Origin: Heptranchias perlo
Lineage: Eukaryota
DNA length: 64,000 nt
Direction of reading: 5' to 3'
Assembly: GCF_035084215.1 (NCBI RefSeq)
Contig: NW_027139559.1
Location: forward strand, 5,518,001-5,582,000
This document shows positions 46,401 to 58,947 of this stretch, in pieces (positions within the stretch are counted from its first letter, which is position 1; the number at the start of each line of letters is the position of its first letter). The translations under genes and the position numbers were made by a program. The notes beneath the pieces were generated by a model that worked only from the letters and a program-made list of their open reading frames with translations, searched no databases and was not told where the DNA came from.

Positions 46401-49200
46401 TTTAGCCCCGGATTCATTCTGGTGAATCTGCGCTGCACCACCTCCAAGGCCAATATATCCATCCTGAATTGCGGTGCCTTGAACTGAACGCAATACTCCA
46501 AGTGCGGTCTAACCAGAGCTTTATATTACTGTAGCATAACTTACATCCCATTGTATTCCAGCTCCTTTGAGATAAAAGTTAACATTCCAAAAGCCTTTTT
46601 AATTATACTGTGTACCAATCCACCAGCTTGTAGTGATTTCTGTACTTGGATCTCTAAATCTCCCTGCTCCTCCTCGGCTCCTAGCTTCTTACCATTTAGA
46701 AATTATTCTGATCTATCTTCCTTTGGTCCAAAGTGGATAACCTCTCACTTCCCCATGTTGAACTCCATCGGCCACAGTTTAGCACATGAAGGTCACTTTG
46801 CAACGTTCTGCTCCTTAATTCATTATTTACTCTGCCATTTAACGGGGTCGTCAACAAACTTGGACATGCGCCTCTTTATTCCTTCATCTAAGTCATTTAT
46901 AAAAGTAGTGAAAAGCTGAGAACCGAGAACACATCTCCGGGGGACTCGACGAGTCATATCCTGTGATGTGTCTCCTGCCTCCTAACCAGTTCCCTCTCCG
47001 TGTCAATAGGTTCTCTCCAATTCCACGAGCTCTCATTTCCTTTCAAAAGAGATTGAGGGGTGATAACAGTGGAGGATAAGGAAAACGAAAAAACAACAAA
47101 TAAATTAATATTTTGAAGCAATCTTCGCAATTTAAATGGACCAAACGATATCTAAAGCTACCTGGAACACTATAGGTTGGAAAGGATGGTATTCAAAGAA
47201 ATTGGTTTTCAATGTCAAAAAAACATAACAAAGGACAAACTACTGGAATTGAAACTATTCAAAATTTCCAGACAAGTCGGATTTCATCTGAATGAATTTT
47301 TAAAATAGATAAGTCAACCAGCTATACATTAATTACAACCTGCAAAGGCTCGCTGGATTCAGATGTCATGACATGGAAGAGAGAGACAGTAAACTTTACA
47401 TAATGAGTAAAAGGGGTAATGGAAAGTAACGAAGGGCCTGTTAGCTTAACTGCAGCAGTGCAAAATTTCATATCATAGTATTATAATAGGTACAGCATAG
47501 CAGCAGGCCATTTGGCCCATCGTGACTAAAGGATCTATCCAATAAGTCCCATTCTCCTGTTCTTTCCCCATAGCCCTGCATTTTTCCCTTCAAGTATTTA
47601 ACTAATTCCCTTCATAAAGTTACCATTGAATCTGCTTCCATCACCCTTTCAGGCAGTGCATTTCAGATCATATCAACTCGCTGAGTAAAAAAATGTTCCC
47701 TCATTTTGCCTCTGGCATTTTTGCCAATCACCTTAAATCTGTGTCCTCTGGTTGCCGACCCTCCTCCCACTGGAAACAGTTTCTCCTTATTTACTCTATC
47801 AAAACCGTTCATGATTTTGAACACCTCCATCAAATCTCCACTTAACTGTCTCTGTTCTAAGGAGAAATACCGCGGTTCCTCCAATTTCCCCACATAACTG
47901 AAGTCCCTCATCCCTGGAACCATTCTCGTAAATCTCTCCTGCACCCTCTCTAAGGCCTTGACATCCTTCCTAAAGTGTGGCGCCCAGAATTGAACACACT
48001 ATCCAGCTGAGGCCCAACCAGTGTTTTATAAAGGTTTAGTATAACTTCCTTGTTTTTGTACTCTCTGCCTCGATTAATAAAGCCAAGGATCCCACATGTT
48101 TTTTTAATAGCCTTCTCAACTTGTACTGCCACCTTCAAAGATTTGTGTCTGTGCACATTTAGTTTATTTTGCCTCTCCTCATTTTTCCTACCAAAATGTA
48201 TCCATTCACACTTTTCTCCGTTAAATTCCATCTGTTTTGTGTCTACCCATTTCACCAGTCTGTCCATATCCTTCTGAAGTCTGTTACTATCCTCCACATT
48301 GTTTACTACATTTTTTTCAGTTTCGTTTCTGCTGCAAATTTAGTAATTATACCCTCTATACCCAAGTCCAGGTCATTAATATATATCAAAAAAAGCCGTG
48401 GCTCTAATACTGACCCCTGGGGAACACCAGTGTATACTTCCCTCCTGTCTGAAAAACAACCGTTCACCGCTACTCTCTACCATTTGTTACTTTGCAAATA
48501 TCATATCCACACTACCACTGTCCCTTTAATCACATGGGCTTGAATTTTACTAACAAGCCTATTATGTGGTACTTTATCAAATGCCTTTTGAAAGTCCATT
48601 AAGACAACGTCAAACGCACTTCCCTCATCAACATTTCACGTTTCTTCATCAATTAACTCAGTCAAGTTAGTCAAACACGATTTTCCTTTAACAGATCAGA
48701 GTTGACTTTCATTTATTAGCCTTTACTTTTCCAAGTCCAACTTAATTTTATCCCGGATTATTGTCTCTAAAAGTTTCCCCATCACCGACGTTAGGCTGAC
48801 TGGCCGACAGTTGCCGGGATTATCCCTCTTCCCTTTGATTTTTTTTTATTAAGGGATTTGAACACTTGGAAAGAATAAACTGATTAAGGAATCAGTAATG
48901 TTTGATATCACCCACCTTACAGAGTTTGATTTTGTAGCCACTCCTGTAGCCGATAGAGTCAGCTTGGTAAATGTCCTAAATATGGATTTTCACTGGAAAA
49001 TAATTTATATTTCATACAGAGATTACTGAAAAGATTAAGGCAAGTGAAACCGAAAAGAACCTCATGTGATGGATAGGAAAATGGTTTTATTTGTTGGAGT
49101 TCGTAATCTGGGATAAATAAGGACATTTCTTACTCCTACAAATCAAACCAATTTCCAGATTGGTGGAATGTGACGAGTGCCATCTCCGGGGAATCTGCTG
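43450..49200. mobile_element. Nested CR1 LINE fragments on both strands filling the TM1-TM2 intron
   Basis: + strand RT at 44590-45975 ([40 protein letters not shown]). Minus-strand copies at ~44215-44585, ~45990-47040 and ~47470-48835. Confidence 0.85.
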
Positions 49201-51119
49201 GAATCCGACCACCAGCACTCCAGTGTGGGCAGACGGTTTTTACTGTTTATATTTAATATATTGAAACCTTTTGATTGTAAGCAGTTCCTGTGTGAACTAT
49301 TTTAAAAATATAAATATCTATGCCCACATGAATAATTGCAACAGCATATGTAAACTTGATACGCTATAATGACACCCTCCAGTTATCGTTGGATCGAAAG
49401 CAGCTCAGCATTGCCTCTCCCGGATACTCAGCCTGTACTGCAGATAAACTCCAACCAACGCTAGGTCTCTGCTTCCTAAATTGTTTAGTTTATTTTCGAT
49501 TGAACTATTAACAGTAACATAAAATCAAAGTATTATATAAATACAAGGGCCGACAACATGACTTTAAAATGGAAAATAAAATATATTTGTGCGCTTTTCC
49601 CCATTATCCCCGTCCTCATGAATAAAGGCTTAACCCGTAGATTACATTTGGTTTTAGCTTCCTTTATGCAATGTCATCGCAGAGCGATTACTGTATACCG
49701 AGAGATAGAGGCATCGAATGTGTCTGAAATTAAAAAGCTGCTTGCCATCAAATTGTAAACAATTACGCCTTGAAAGTGATTGAAACCTTGCAGTTCCTCT
49801 CGCTCTCCATTCCTGTCTGTCTGTCTTTCTGTCTGTCTGTCGGCCTATCAAGAAATCTATCTATTTCGCTATCTATCTAAGTCTACTGCTCTCATGCACA
49901 CACATGGAATTCCCTTGGCATTGCACTGGGACGGTCGAGAGCAAGTTCTGCCTCAGTGATAGAGAGCTGAGGATAATTGAACCAGGTGTGCAGGTTTAAT
50001 TCTCTTCACATTCCAAAGTCATACATCCTACCTTATTTTTCGAATTACATTATAAATTCCGATCACCACATTTGCAAGTATTTGTCAACCGACACTTATC
50101 ACACTTCAATTACACATCCCAACCAGTAATAGCGCTGAAGTGCGATCTCGCGTCTCCCATCTCTTCTGATTGAATTACAGCGAAAGTTCTATACTCCAAC
50201 CTACTGCACTTTTCTGCTTCTGACAGTAATGTAAATTTTGCTATTTAGCTTTAAGAGAAACAACGTAAAATCAGCGTATTATCTGGAACCTGGGACACGT
50301 TGCATTACATTAAAATGGGGAATGAATACAGTTCCTAACCATGTCAGATTTATACCTCAAACACTTCACCAATGGCTCAGGAGCAGAGGGGAGTATATAC
50401 AAGATTACTGATAATACTAATCAACGAAGTACAATGAACTGTGAATGGACCAGAAAATTACAAAAGAAGATCGCTGCATTAAGCGTGTGGGCAGATGGTT
50501 GACAGGTCCAGTTCACTGAAACAACAAATGACGTTGTCCATTTCACGTATAAGAATGGTAGATGGGAATAATATGGAAATGGCGAAGTTCTGAGGAGATG
50601 TACACGAACACGCAATGCCGTTGTTCATATCCACATGTCACTGAAATCTAGCGGGCGTTCAAAAGTACTAATGGGATGCTGGGTTTCAGCTCAAGCAGTC
50701 GAGAATATAACAGCGAGCTAAAGAAACCGTCAATCATTTGGAATATCATGTTCAGTTCTTTAGAAACTTTCAAGAGGCTATACTCGGTTTGCTGGAGCCT
50801 AGCGACAATTCACATGGATCGTCACATTTTTCCAGAAATGATATAATTATTGCCGTATAAATAACATTGGATAACAAATGATTCTCTTATCATTTATAGA
50901 CTCACGGAGACACGCGACTAGGAGTGTTGCCGAGAGTTAGGGTTATGGACATTCATTTGTGGACAATAACACTCGAATCCCAGAAACCCCCTCGCATTCC
51001 ATGACAATTAGTCAATAATTCTGCTTTTTGTCCGATGCTTTTGACTATTCAGTGTGGTCACACGTCACTTCCTCACTTTGTTATTCACTGGGTTATCATA
51101 CTATTTCTTTTCACTGCAG

Positions 51120-51128
51120 GTGAACTAA
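51120..51128 (+). CDS. IgNAR: IgNAR transmembrane exon 2 (VN*, giving cytoplasmic tail KVN)
   Basis: Strong acceptor TATTTCTTTTCACTGCAG|GTG AAC TAA. Phase 0 matches the TM1 donor, it is analogous to IgM KVK, and it is followed by non-repetitive 3' UTR-like sequence. Confidence 0.8.
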   Translation: MN

Positions 51129-51539
51129 CGGCCAGTTGGCCAGAAGGTACTTCCGGTTTATATTCCAGGCTTGTGTGGGAACGTCCATCGGTTGCTGACC
51201 ACAGACGGGACTGGATTGCCTCACTCCCTCACAGTTATCGACTGGTGCACTGCACCACTTGATCTCGTATTCAGAGATAGACTCACCCAAACCATAATAA
51301 CTATTTGCCTCATTTTCTTTCGTAAGCTCATTTTTTATTTCTCTTTTATTAAAGTGCCAGCGTTCAATAGAATTCCGCATAACTGTAGTAAGCCAGTGAA
51401 CTGGGAAAATTGCGCAGAATCAATTACAATAAGCTGAGGAGAAATAATTGAATATCCAGGAGGGACAGGTTGGAATTTACTGCAACTGAATGAATATTGC
51501 ATGAATCAATGTAATATTGCATTCAAATGCTGCACCTTG

Positions 51540-51545
51540 AATAAA
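51540..51545 (+). terminator. Candidate polyadenylation signal for membrane IgNAR mRNA
   Basis: First AATAAA after the TM2 stop. Alternatives are ATTAAA at 51348 and AATAAA at 52252 and 52415/52420. Confidence 0.45.
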
Positions 51546-53293
51546 GGCTCAATTTTTATGGCATTAATGAGTGGCGCCCTCGCCTAATTTTGAATAGCAC
51601 AGAACCAGGTGACCTTCAGACATAGGTGCTCCTTTCTTTACCAATATACTGCGGTTAAGGCACGAATTGATATATGACCCAATCTGAGGGCTTCACACCT
51701 TGAAGAAATCCACTGGAAATTAATGAATGCTGATTATCGACACTTATATCCAGAAAACTGTTGGAAATCAGACGCCTTGTCTCAACCCACGGGTAAGAAT
51801 TCCCCTAAAAATTCGTTGCAGTGAGATCATGGGTGGCTTCAAATCAATTTCTCTGAGGCCCTATTTCTGGCAAATTCGTTAACATATTTTCAAAGGGCCC
51901 GTTAACCATTTGCCAAGAAATACTGAGGAGAAATAACTTACATCAGAGCCTGTACAGCGTCACTTCCTGTAGCTGGACGATGGATTCCCCCCTTGTATCT
52001 AATTGCAGCAACAAACCGTGGATATTGACGTTAATATCAATTAAATTCTAAAATGAGTGACACTGTGATATGAGGATCGATTTTGTTTTAAATATGATAT
52101 ATGGATATTAAGATCAGGAACAGGCCATCCAGCCCCTCGCGCCTGCTCCGAAAATCATGGTTGACCTGTACCTCAACTCCATATTCCCCTCTTTGCTCCA
52201 TATCCCTAATACCCTTCACCTGACATGACTGTGTTTGCAGTGATTTGCCTAAATAAAGTCTCAGAAAAAAACAGGGAATTCGGTCCAACTCCTAATCGTC
52301 TGGAAATGAAATGTTCTCATCAACAGATTTTATGCTCAGCTTTGTTTGAAATGTGATTGCTGTTTAATTACTTTCAGGATGTTACTTTCAGATTCTGTCA
52401 AAACAAAGGTTTGGAATAAAATAAATACCATCTGCTCCATGCTGTTATTGAAGGTATTTTTTTTTACTGAAAGTTGTGGGTTTAAATCTAACACTTATTT
52501 CTTGTATACATTTATACACATTTTTATTCACCTTTCAGTTTGTTCCAATGAGTGAGTTAGTAAAATTCATCCATAAGCATCATAAAAGCGATATCTTGAA
52601 CAACTGAAATAATCTCGGGATTAAATTAATTCGAGCGACGGGTGTTTCCGATTCCATTAATTTACGACAGATATTTAATGGATCGAAGCAACTGGAGGGT
52701 GTGTTCCTGAAACATGGGAAATAACCCGGACAGTCAGTCCAATCCAATTATTAAGCGGTATAATAATTGTTACAATAAGATTCATATATTCTAAGGAAAG
52801 AGTGTTCAGTCTCAGCACCAAGTTCTAGTAATTATGTTTATAAATTGATTCATTCTTTCATAGCACAGAAATCCAACAATGAATTAACTGAAGTGACGCT
52901 TTCAATTCATGCAGCTAAATTGACCGAATCTGTTCTGTGGCAAACTGTGGGGAACTGAAGGCTGGAAATTGCTGTTAGCGATATGCCACGAGCCAGATTC
53001 CGCCTTTCTGTTGCTCTCTTCTTTTATTAATTGAAACTCTAAGCTGTGTAATTTACACCGGTTATACCTCCATTGAAACAATATTGAAAGGATGTCTCAC
53101 CAAAGTAAAACTGCACTAATATCACAATCGGCTATTTCCACTTACACTTCGTTAAAATGACAAGAAAGACTAAACATCTAAAACATTACTCGGTATTCAT
53201 GGACTGATGCTTCTTACCTTCCCATTATGCTCCTTTTCCCCTCTTTGAAGGCAGGCGTGAACACATTTATTTAAACAAAATGTTCCTTTTTTC

Positions 53294-53588
53294 GGATATA
53301 CTGTACAGTAGATTCATTTAAACATATTATGCATTTTAGATATACTGTAGAGTAGATTCATTTGAATATATTAATCATTTTTAGGCTATTCTGTACAGTA
53401 TATTTATTTGAAAACGTTATGCATTTTTATGATATTCTGTACAGTAGATTTAATTAAATATGTAATGCATTTTTAGGATATACTGTACCATAGATTTGTT
53501 TACAAATATTATGCATTTTTAGGATACACTGTACAGTAGATTTATTTAAACATATTATCCATTTTTAGGATATACTGTACAGTAGATT
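53294..53588. repeat. AT-rich tandem repeat, ~6.4 x 46 bp
   Basis: Unit GGATATACTGTACAGTAGATTTATTTAAACATATTATGCATTTTTA. Confidence 0.93.
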
Positions 53589-54359
53589 GTGGCTAAAATT
53601 TCATTCATTACCTCACCGAAATTGGAATTTCCTCAGAGTTTCTCCCGCTTCACCAGCGTAACTTTGGCGGAACCTCGGAAATTTCCTGCGCAGTGTCTTC
53701 ACCATTTTGGATGAGATATGCGTGGGCGCTCTGTTCACGGAGGCACTGCCCTGTTAAAAATAAATAGGTTAACGCGTTACCTAAAATTGGAATTTCAAGC
53801 GCACTGAGAAATCGCCGGGAAGTTATTGTCCTGCAGAATAAATCAAGGCCCAGGAAACTAAACAAACGTGTAAAATTAAGTCTGATAGCGTGAAGGGAAT
53901 GTCGTTCAATTCAAGGAACAGGAAAATAGAATCCACGGAAACATGCTGCCGATTGATATTATCATCGGAACACATTGACCTGTGCCCGGTTTCACCATCC
54001 TGGGCCTTCGCTAATCTGAAATAACGCACTGGCAATTCACACTGCGCCATTTTGAATGGGTTTAAAGTACCTGTATCGAATGAAAGGATTAACACAACAA
54101 TAAATTAATGCGGAAAGGGAATTCAGGCGAACGTCTTAAGCTGTTAACCGACAACACAATTTTAACACAAGCATTTTAAAAAAAGTTACGAACTTAAAGC
54201 AAACGAACTGAATGCCCAGTGGAAATGGAGGTGTTGTTCTGTCACCTGAACTCAATTTGTGCATTCTTGGTTATTGATGTGTTCGTGTCAAGAAACTTCA
54301 TTATGTGTGATGGAATTACACACCACCTAGTGACTAATTTCTGCTATTAAAGCTTTATC

Positions 54360-55250
54360 TGAACATAAGAGGAGTGGGCCATTCAGCCCCAAGAGCCTGT
54401 TTCGATATTCAATCAGTATATGGTTGATCTGTACCGCAACTCCATTTACCCGCTTGAGCTTCACATATCCTGACACTCTTACCTAACAAAGATCCATCAA
54501 TCACAGTCTTGAAAATTTCAATTGAACCCCAGCATCCACAGACTTTTGGGGGGGGGGGAGAGTTTCAGATTTCTACTACCCTTCGTGTGGGAAAGAGCTT
54601 CCTGATTTCACCCCTTAATGACCTAATTCTAATTTTATGATTGGACCGTCTTGTTCTGGAATCCACCAGAGCAAACAATTTCTCTGTATCTACCCTATCG
54701 AATCCCTTCATCATTTTAACCACCTCGATCAGATCACACCTCAAGTGTCTAAACTCATGGGAATACAATCCATGCCTTTGCAAACCGTCCTTGTAATTTA
54801 GCCATTTAAGCTCTGGTATAATTGTGGTAAATCTGCACGGTATATATCCTTCCTGAGGTGCGGTGCCCAAAACTGAGTGCAGTACTCCAGATGGGGTCTG
54901 ACCAGAGCTCTGTATAACGGAAGCATTTCTTCCTCCCCTTTCTATTTCAGCCCCATTGGGATAAAGTGCATAATTCATATAGCCTTTTATATTACTTGTT
55001 TTTACCTGTCCTATAGCTATTATTGATTTGTCTACATGGACACCGACATCTTTTTGATGTTCTACAGTTCCAAGACACTCGGTTTTAGGAAAGTTAACGG
55101 ATTTGCCTTTCTCCAATCCACAATTGATGACCTCACGCTTGCTCACATTGCACTACATGTGCCATAGTATTTTTCGCCACTCACTTAATCTGTTTTTGTC
55201 CCTTTGTAAGTTCCTGCTGCCATCTACAATACTAACTGTCCCTCCTAACT
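54360..55250 (-). mobile_element. CR1 LINE 3' portion
   Basis: ORF 54565..55146 remnants KDVGVHV, LRCDLIEV.K.MKGFDRVD.EKLF and RRVVEI. Confidence 0.85.
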
Positions 55251-56094
55251 CGGGCATGAATTAGTTAATAAAATAATGATGCCGCAACATACATATTATC
55301 CCAGGCCTGGCCACGCGATGGCGCGCCAGAGCTTACCCCTGCCGCGTGTATTCCTTTCTCTTTCAATAATAAAAATAGTTCTTACCTTGGTCTTTCCATG
55401 TTTTTCTATATTTGGGTGTTTCCGGGTCTTCTTAAAAGTCCTGTCTCTGTCTCTCCCGCGCTCTATCGTTGTCTCTTTCACTTTGATTGCAGTTTTCCTT
55501 TTTCGTCCTTCTTCACCTTCATTGGGATTTCGAAAATGATTGGCCAGTATGTTCAATATATGCCCATAAAATTCCCAACATTATATCATATATTCTTGAT
55601 CCCTGCTCCCCCGACTATGGCCCAACTTCCCGTAAACATAAATGACTGAACCTGGTAACAGAACATGGCATTGGATACTTTACATACTCCACAGAATAGC
55701 CCATGGATTTCTCTGTGAAGGCAGCTTTAAGGACTGATATAAAGTGACATTGCTGCACTGCCAAGCAAAACAATAGTGCAATAAATGACAGGATTCTCCA
55801 GCTTCGAGCTTCCTACCTTATATTTAATCTAAGAAATCTTACTCACCAGCTCGTAGAGCTAGCTTCCTCAGCACACTCGGTATGCGAATGTAGGGGCGTG
55901 CATGTACTGTGTACGAGCTTACGTTTGTATCCGTTTCCTGATTGCTTCTCTTGTTTAAAGAGGCAGGTCACCACGGAGCTATTTCTGCAGACGCGGCTCT
56001 TTCCCGCGCTACCCCTTTTGCTTTATGCAAGAACAAGGACGTCAAGTGCAACCAAAGGTCATTCGGCCCTTCACAGCTCCTGGCTGTTGAATAT

Positions 56095-57650
56095 ATGGCA
56101 CTAAAGAGTGACAAATCCCCATCACAAGGTTTTAAAGGATGTAACTGAGAACATTGCAGAAGCCCTAACTATAATCTTCCAAAGTTCACTCGATTCTGAA
56201 ACCGTCCCTTTAGATTGGAAATTGCACATGTCACTCCGCTGTTTAAGAAAGGTGAGAGAGGAAACCAGGGGATTATAGACCAGTTAGCCAAACATCTGTT
56301 TTCGGGAAATTGCTAGACCGTATAATTCAGGATAGAGTATTGAACACCTTGAAAATTTTCAGCTGATCAGAGAGAGGCAGCAAGGATTAGTAAAGGGAAG
56401 GACATGCCTTACCAACCAGATTGAATTTTTTGAGGAGTTGACTAAAGTAGTGGAACAGGGAATGTCTACGGCTGTTATTTCTATCGACTTCCAGAAGGCA
56501 TTCGATAAAGTCACTCATAAGAGACTGTTAGCTCAAGTTGAAGCTCATGGAATTTAGGGGATATAATTGACCTGGTTAGGAAATTGGCTGAGGGACATGG
56601 GGGAAGTGTAGGGATATTGGACAGAAACTCAATTTGGCAGGATGGAACGAGCGGCGTCGTACAAGGACCTGTGTTGGGGCGTGAACCATTCACTGTATTT
56701 ATTAACATCTTAGGTGATGGAATAGGGAGCCACATATCCAAGTTTTCCGGAGATACGAAGATACGCAGTATTGTAATCAGTATAGAAGCATTACATTCCA
56801 GAGCGATATTAATAAATTAAGGGAATGGGCAAAGCTGTGGCAAATGAATTTCGATGCAGGTAAGTGTGAGGTCATCAACTTTGGAACTAAAAATGATCGA
56901 TCAGAATACTTTCTAAATGGTGAAACGTTAGAAACAGTGGAGGTACAAAGAAACTTAAGTGTCCATGTACATAGATCATTAAAATGTCACGGACAGGTGC
57001 AGAAAATGATCAAAAACGCTAATGGAACGTTGGCCTTTATATCTGGAGGACTAGAATACATGGGGGTGGAAGTTATGCTACAGCTCTACAAATCACTGGT
57101 TAGATCAAACCTGGAGTACTGTGTTCAGTTCTGGGCACCACACCTTAGGGCGGATATATTGGCCCTGGATGAAGTGCAACGTGTGATGATACCGTACTCC
57201 AAGGGTTAAATTACGAGGAGTGATTACACAAACTAGGGTTGTATTCCCTGGAATTTAGAAGACTAAGGGGTGATTTGATCGAAGTGTTCACGATATTAAG
57301 GGGAACTGATAGAGGGAAACTGTTTCTGCTGGTTGGAGAGTCTAGCACTTGGCGGACTTAGCCTAAAAATTAGAGCCAGGACTTTCAGGAATGAAGTTAG
57401 GAAACACTTCTACACGCAAAGGGTGCTAAAAGTTTTGAACTCTCGTCTGCAATTGTCAGAGGATGCGAGCACAATCGTTAATATTAAATCTGAGATTGAT
57501 AGATTTTTGTTAACCAAAGCTATTAAAGGATATGAGGCTAAGGCTGGCATATGGAGTTTGGTCACAGGTCAACCATGATCTCATTGAATGACAGAACAGG
57601 CCCGGGGGGGCGAAATGGCCTATTCCTGACCCTATGTTCCTAGGTTCCTT
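56095..57650 (+). mobile_element. CR1 LINE RT to 3' end
   Basis: SGVVQGPVLG, MNFDAGKCEV, LYKSLVRSNLEYCVQFWAPHL and FRNEVRKHFYTQRV, with a CCTATGTT tail. Confidence 0.9.
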
Positions 57651-58359
57651 TATTCATGTCATCCAGCATAGCCTTTGGCGACACTTTAAATGTCTTCAGT
57701 GTCTTTCACTCTACTACCTTGCAGACAGATTATGAAACATTTGAATCAATGAGTAGATTTCCGTCTGTACCTCCTGGGCACAAATCATCCCCTGGACATT
57801 GCGCCGAATGGAAAATTAGGCTTGGAAGATCGAACATCCATGACGGATCCCGTCCGATTTACCTTTCATTTGAATTAATGGAAGGAAAATCATGCCGGTT
57901 TTGCTCCCGCCTGATTTTCCTCCTGTGCAAACTGCCGCCTCCGCAGTACAGAATAACATATACCCCAAGGTATTTTGATAGGCCTTGCAATTATAACGTG
58001 GGATAATTGCAGATCAAGGCTTAAAGTGCCCCCGTGAAATTCCTCCGCCTGCTAACGCAGAGGACATAATTTTCAAATTACTGAAATTATTGATTTTTCC
58101 CTTCTTTGAAATATTGGAGAGAGGGACATCATTCAAGTGTGATCAGCCTTCGTCCACCATGATTGTGATCAGTAATCGATTAATTCCTCTGAGACAGTAT
58201 TGGAGGCAGCGATTTCAGACGAATTTTGCTAAACATCGATACGCAATTGTTCCACACCGTCATTTTAAGACCCGATTGCATGTTTTAGATTTACTTTACA
58301 CGAAATATATTTATGATCTTTAATGTAGATCTTTAGTTACCATGAAGTCATTTGATGAG

Positions 58360-58900
58360 AGCTTGAGAACGGAGGTTGGGAAAGACAGGGAGTGAACGTC
58401 TGTCGGAGTGAAGCGCAAACAGAGTGAGGACTTTCAACTGGGAATTTGGTGAGGGTGGGAATTAGGTGCAGAGGGGGAAGAAGGTGCGAAGTTATTTTAA
58501 CCAAAACACTATTGACTAAAACTGACCGAAGCATAAAAGGGAGACACACAAGGAATCAAAACAAGCCAAGCAGGAGAGCAGAGGGTAAGTCTGTAAGTAT
58601 TGAATTCATTGGTTTGTGTTTTTTAGTGGTTAGTGTTTTAGTGACAGATAAACAGTAAAGTGCCTTAAATCGAAACAAACAGTTTAAGTTACTGTTAGCT
58701 AACTTGGCAGGACATCTGGGGCCCGTAACATGTACATCCTGTTCCATGTGGGAACTCCAGAAGACTTCGTGTGTCCCGGAAAACCACATGTGCAGGAAGT
58801 GCTGCCAACTGTTCGAGCTCGAGCTCAGAGTTTCTGAGCTTGAGGGGCATCAATACGTCCATGAAAGTAAATCTTTTGTGAAACGTAGTCACCAAAAATA
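58360..58900 (+). mobile_element. CR1 LINE 5' UTR and ORF1 N-terminus (zinc finger/leucine zipper)
   Basis: ORF 58704..58937 VTCTSCSMWE...MCRKCCQLFELELRVSELE fits the CxxC...CxxC plus coiled-coil start of CR1 ORF1. Confidence 0.75.
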
Positions 58901-58947
58901 TGTGCAAAACTATATTGTTCTGAGAAACTCATTCTAAGCCGAAGCCA

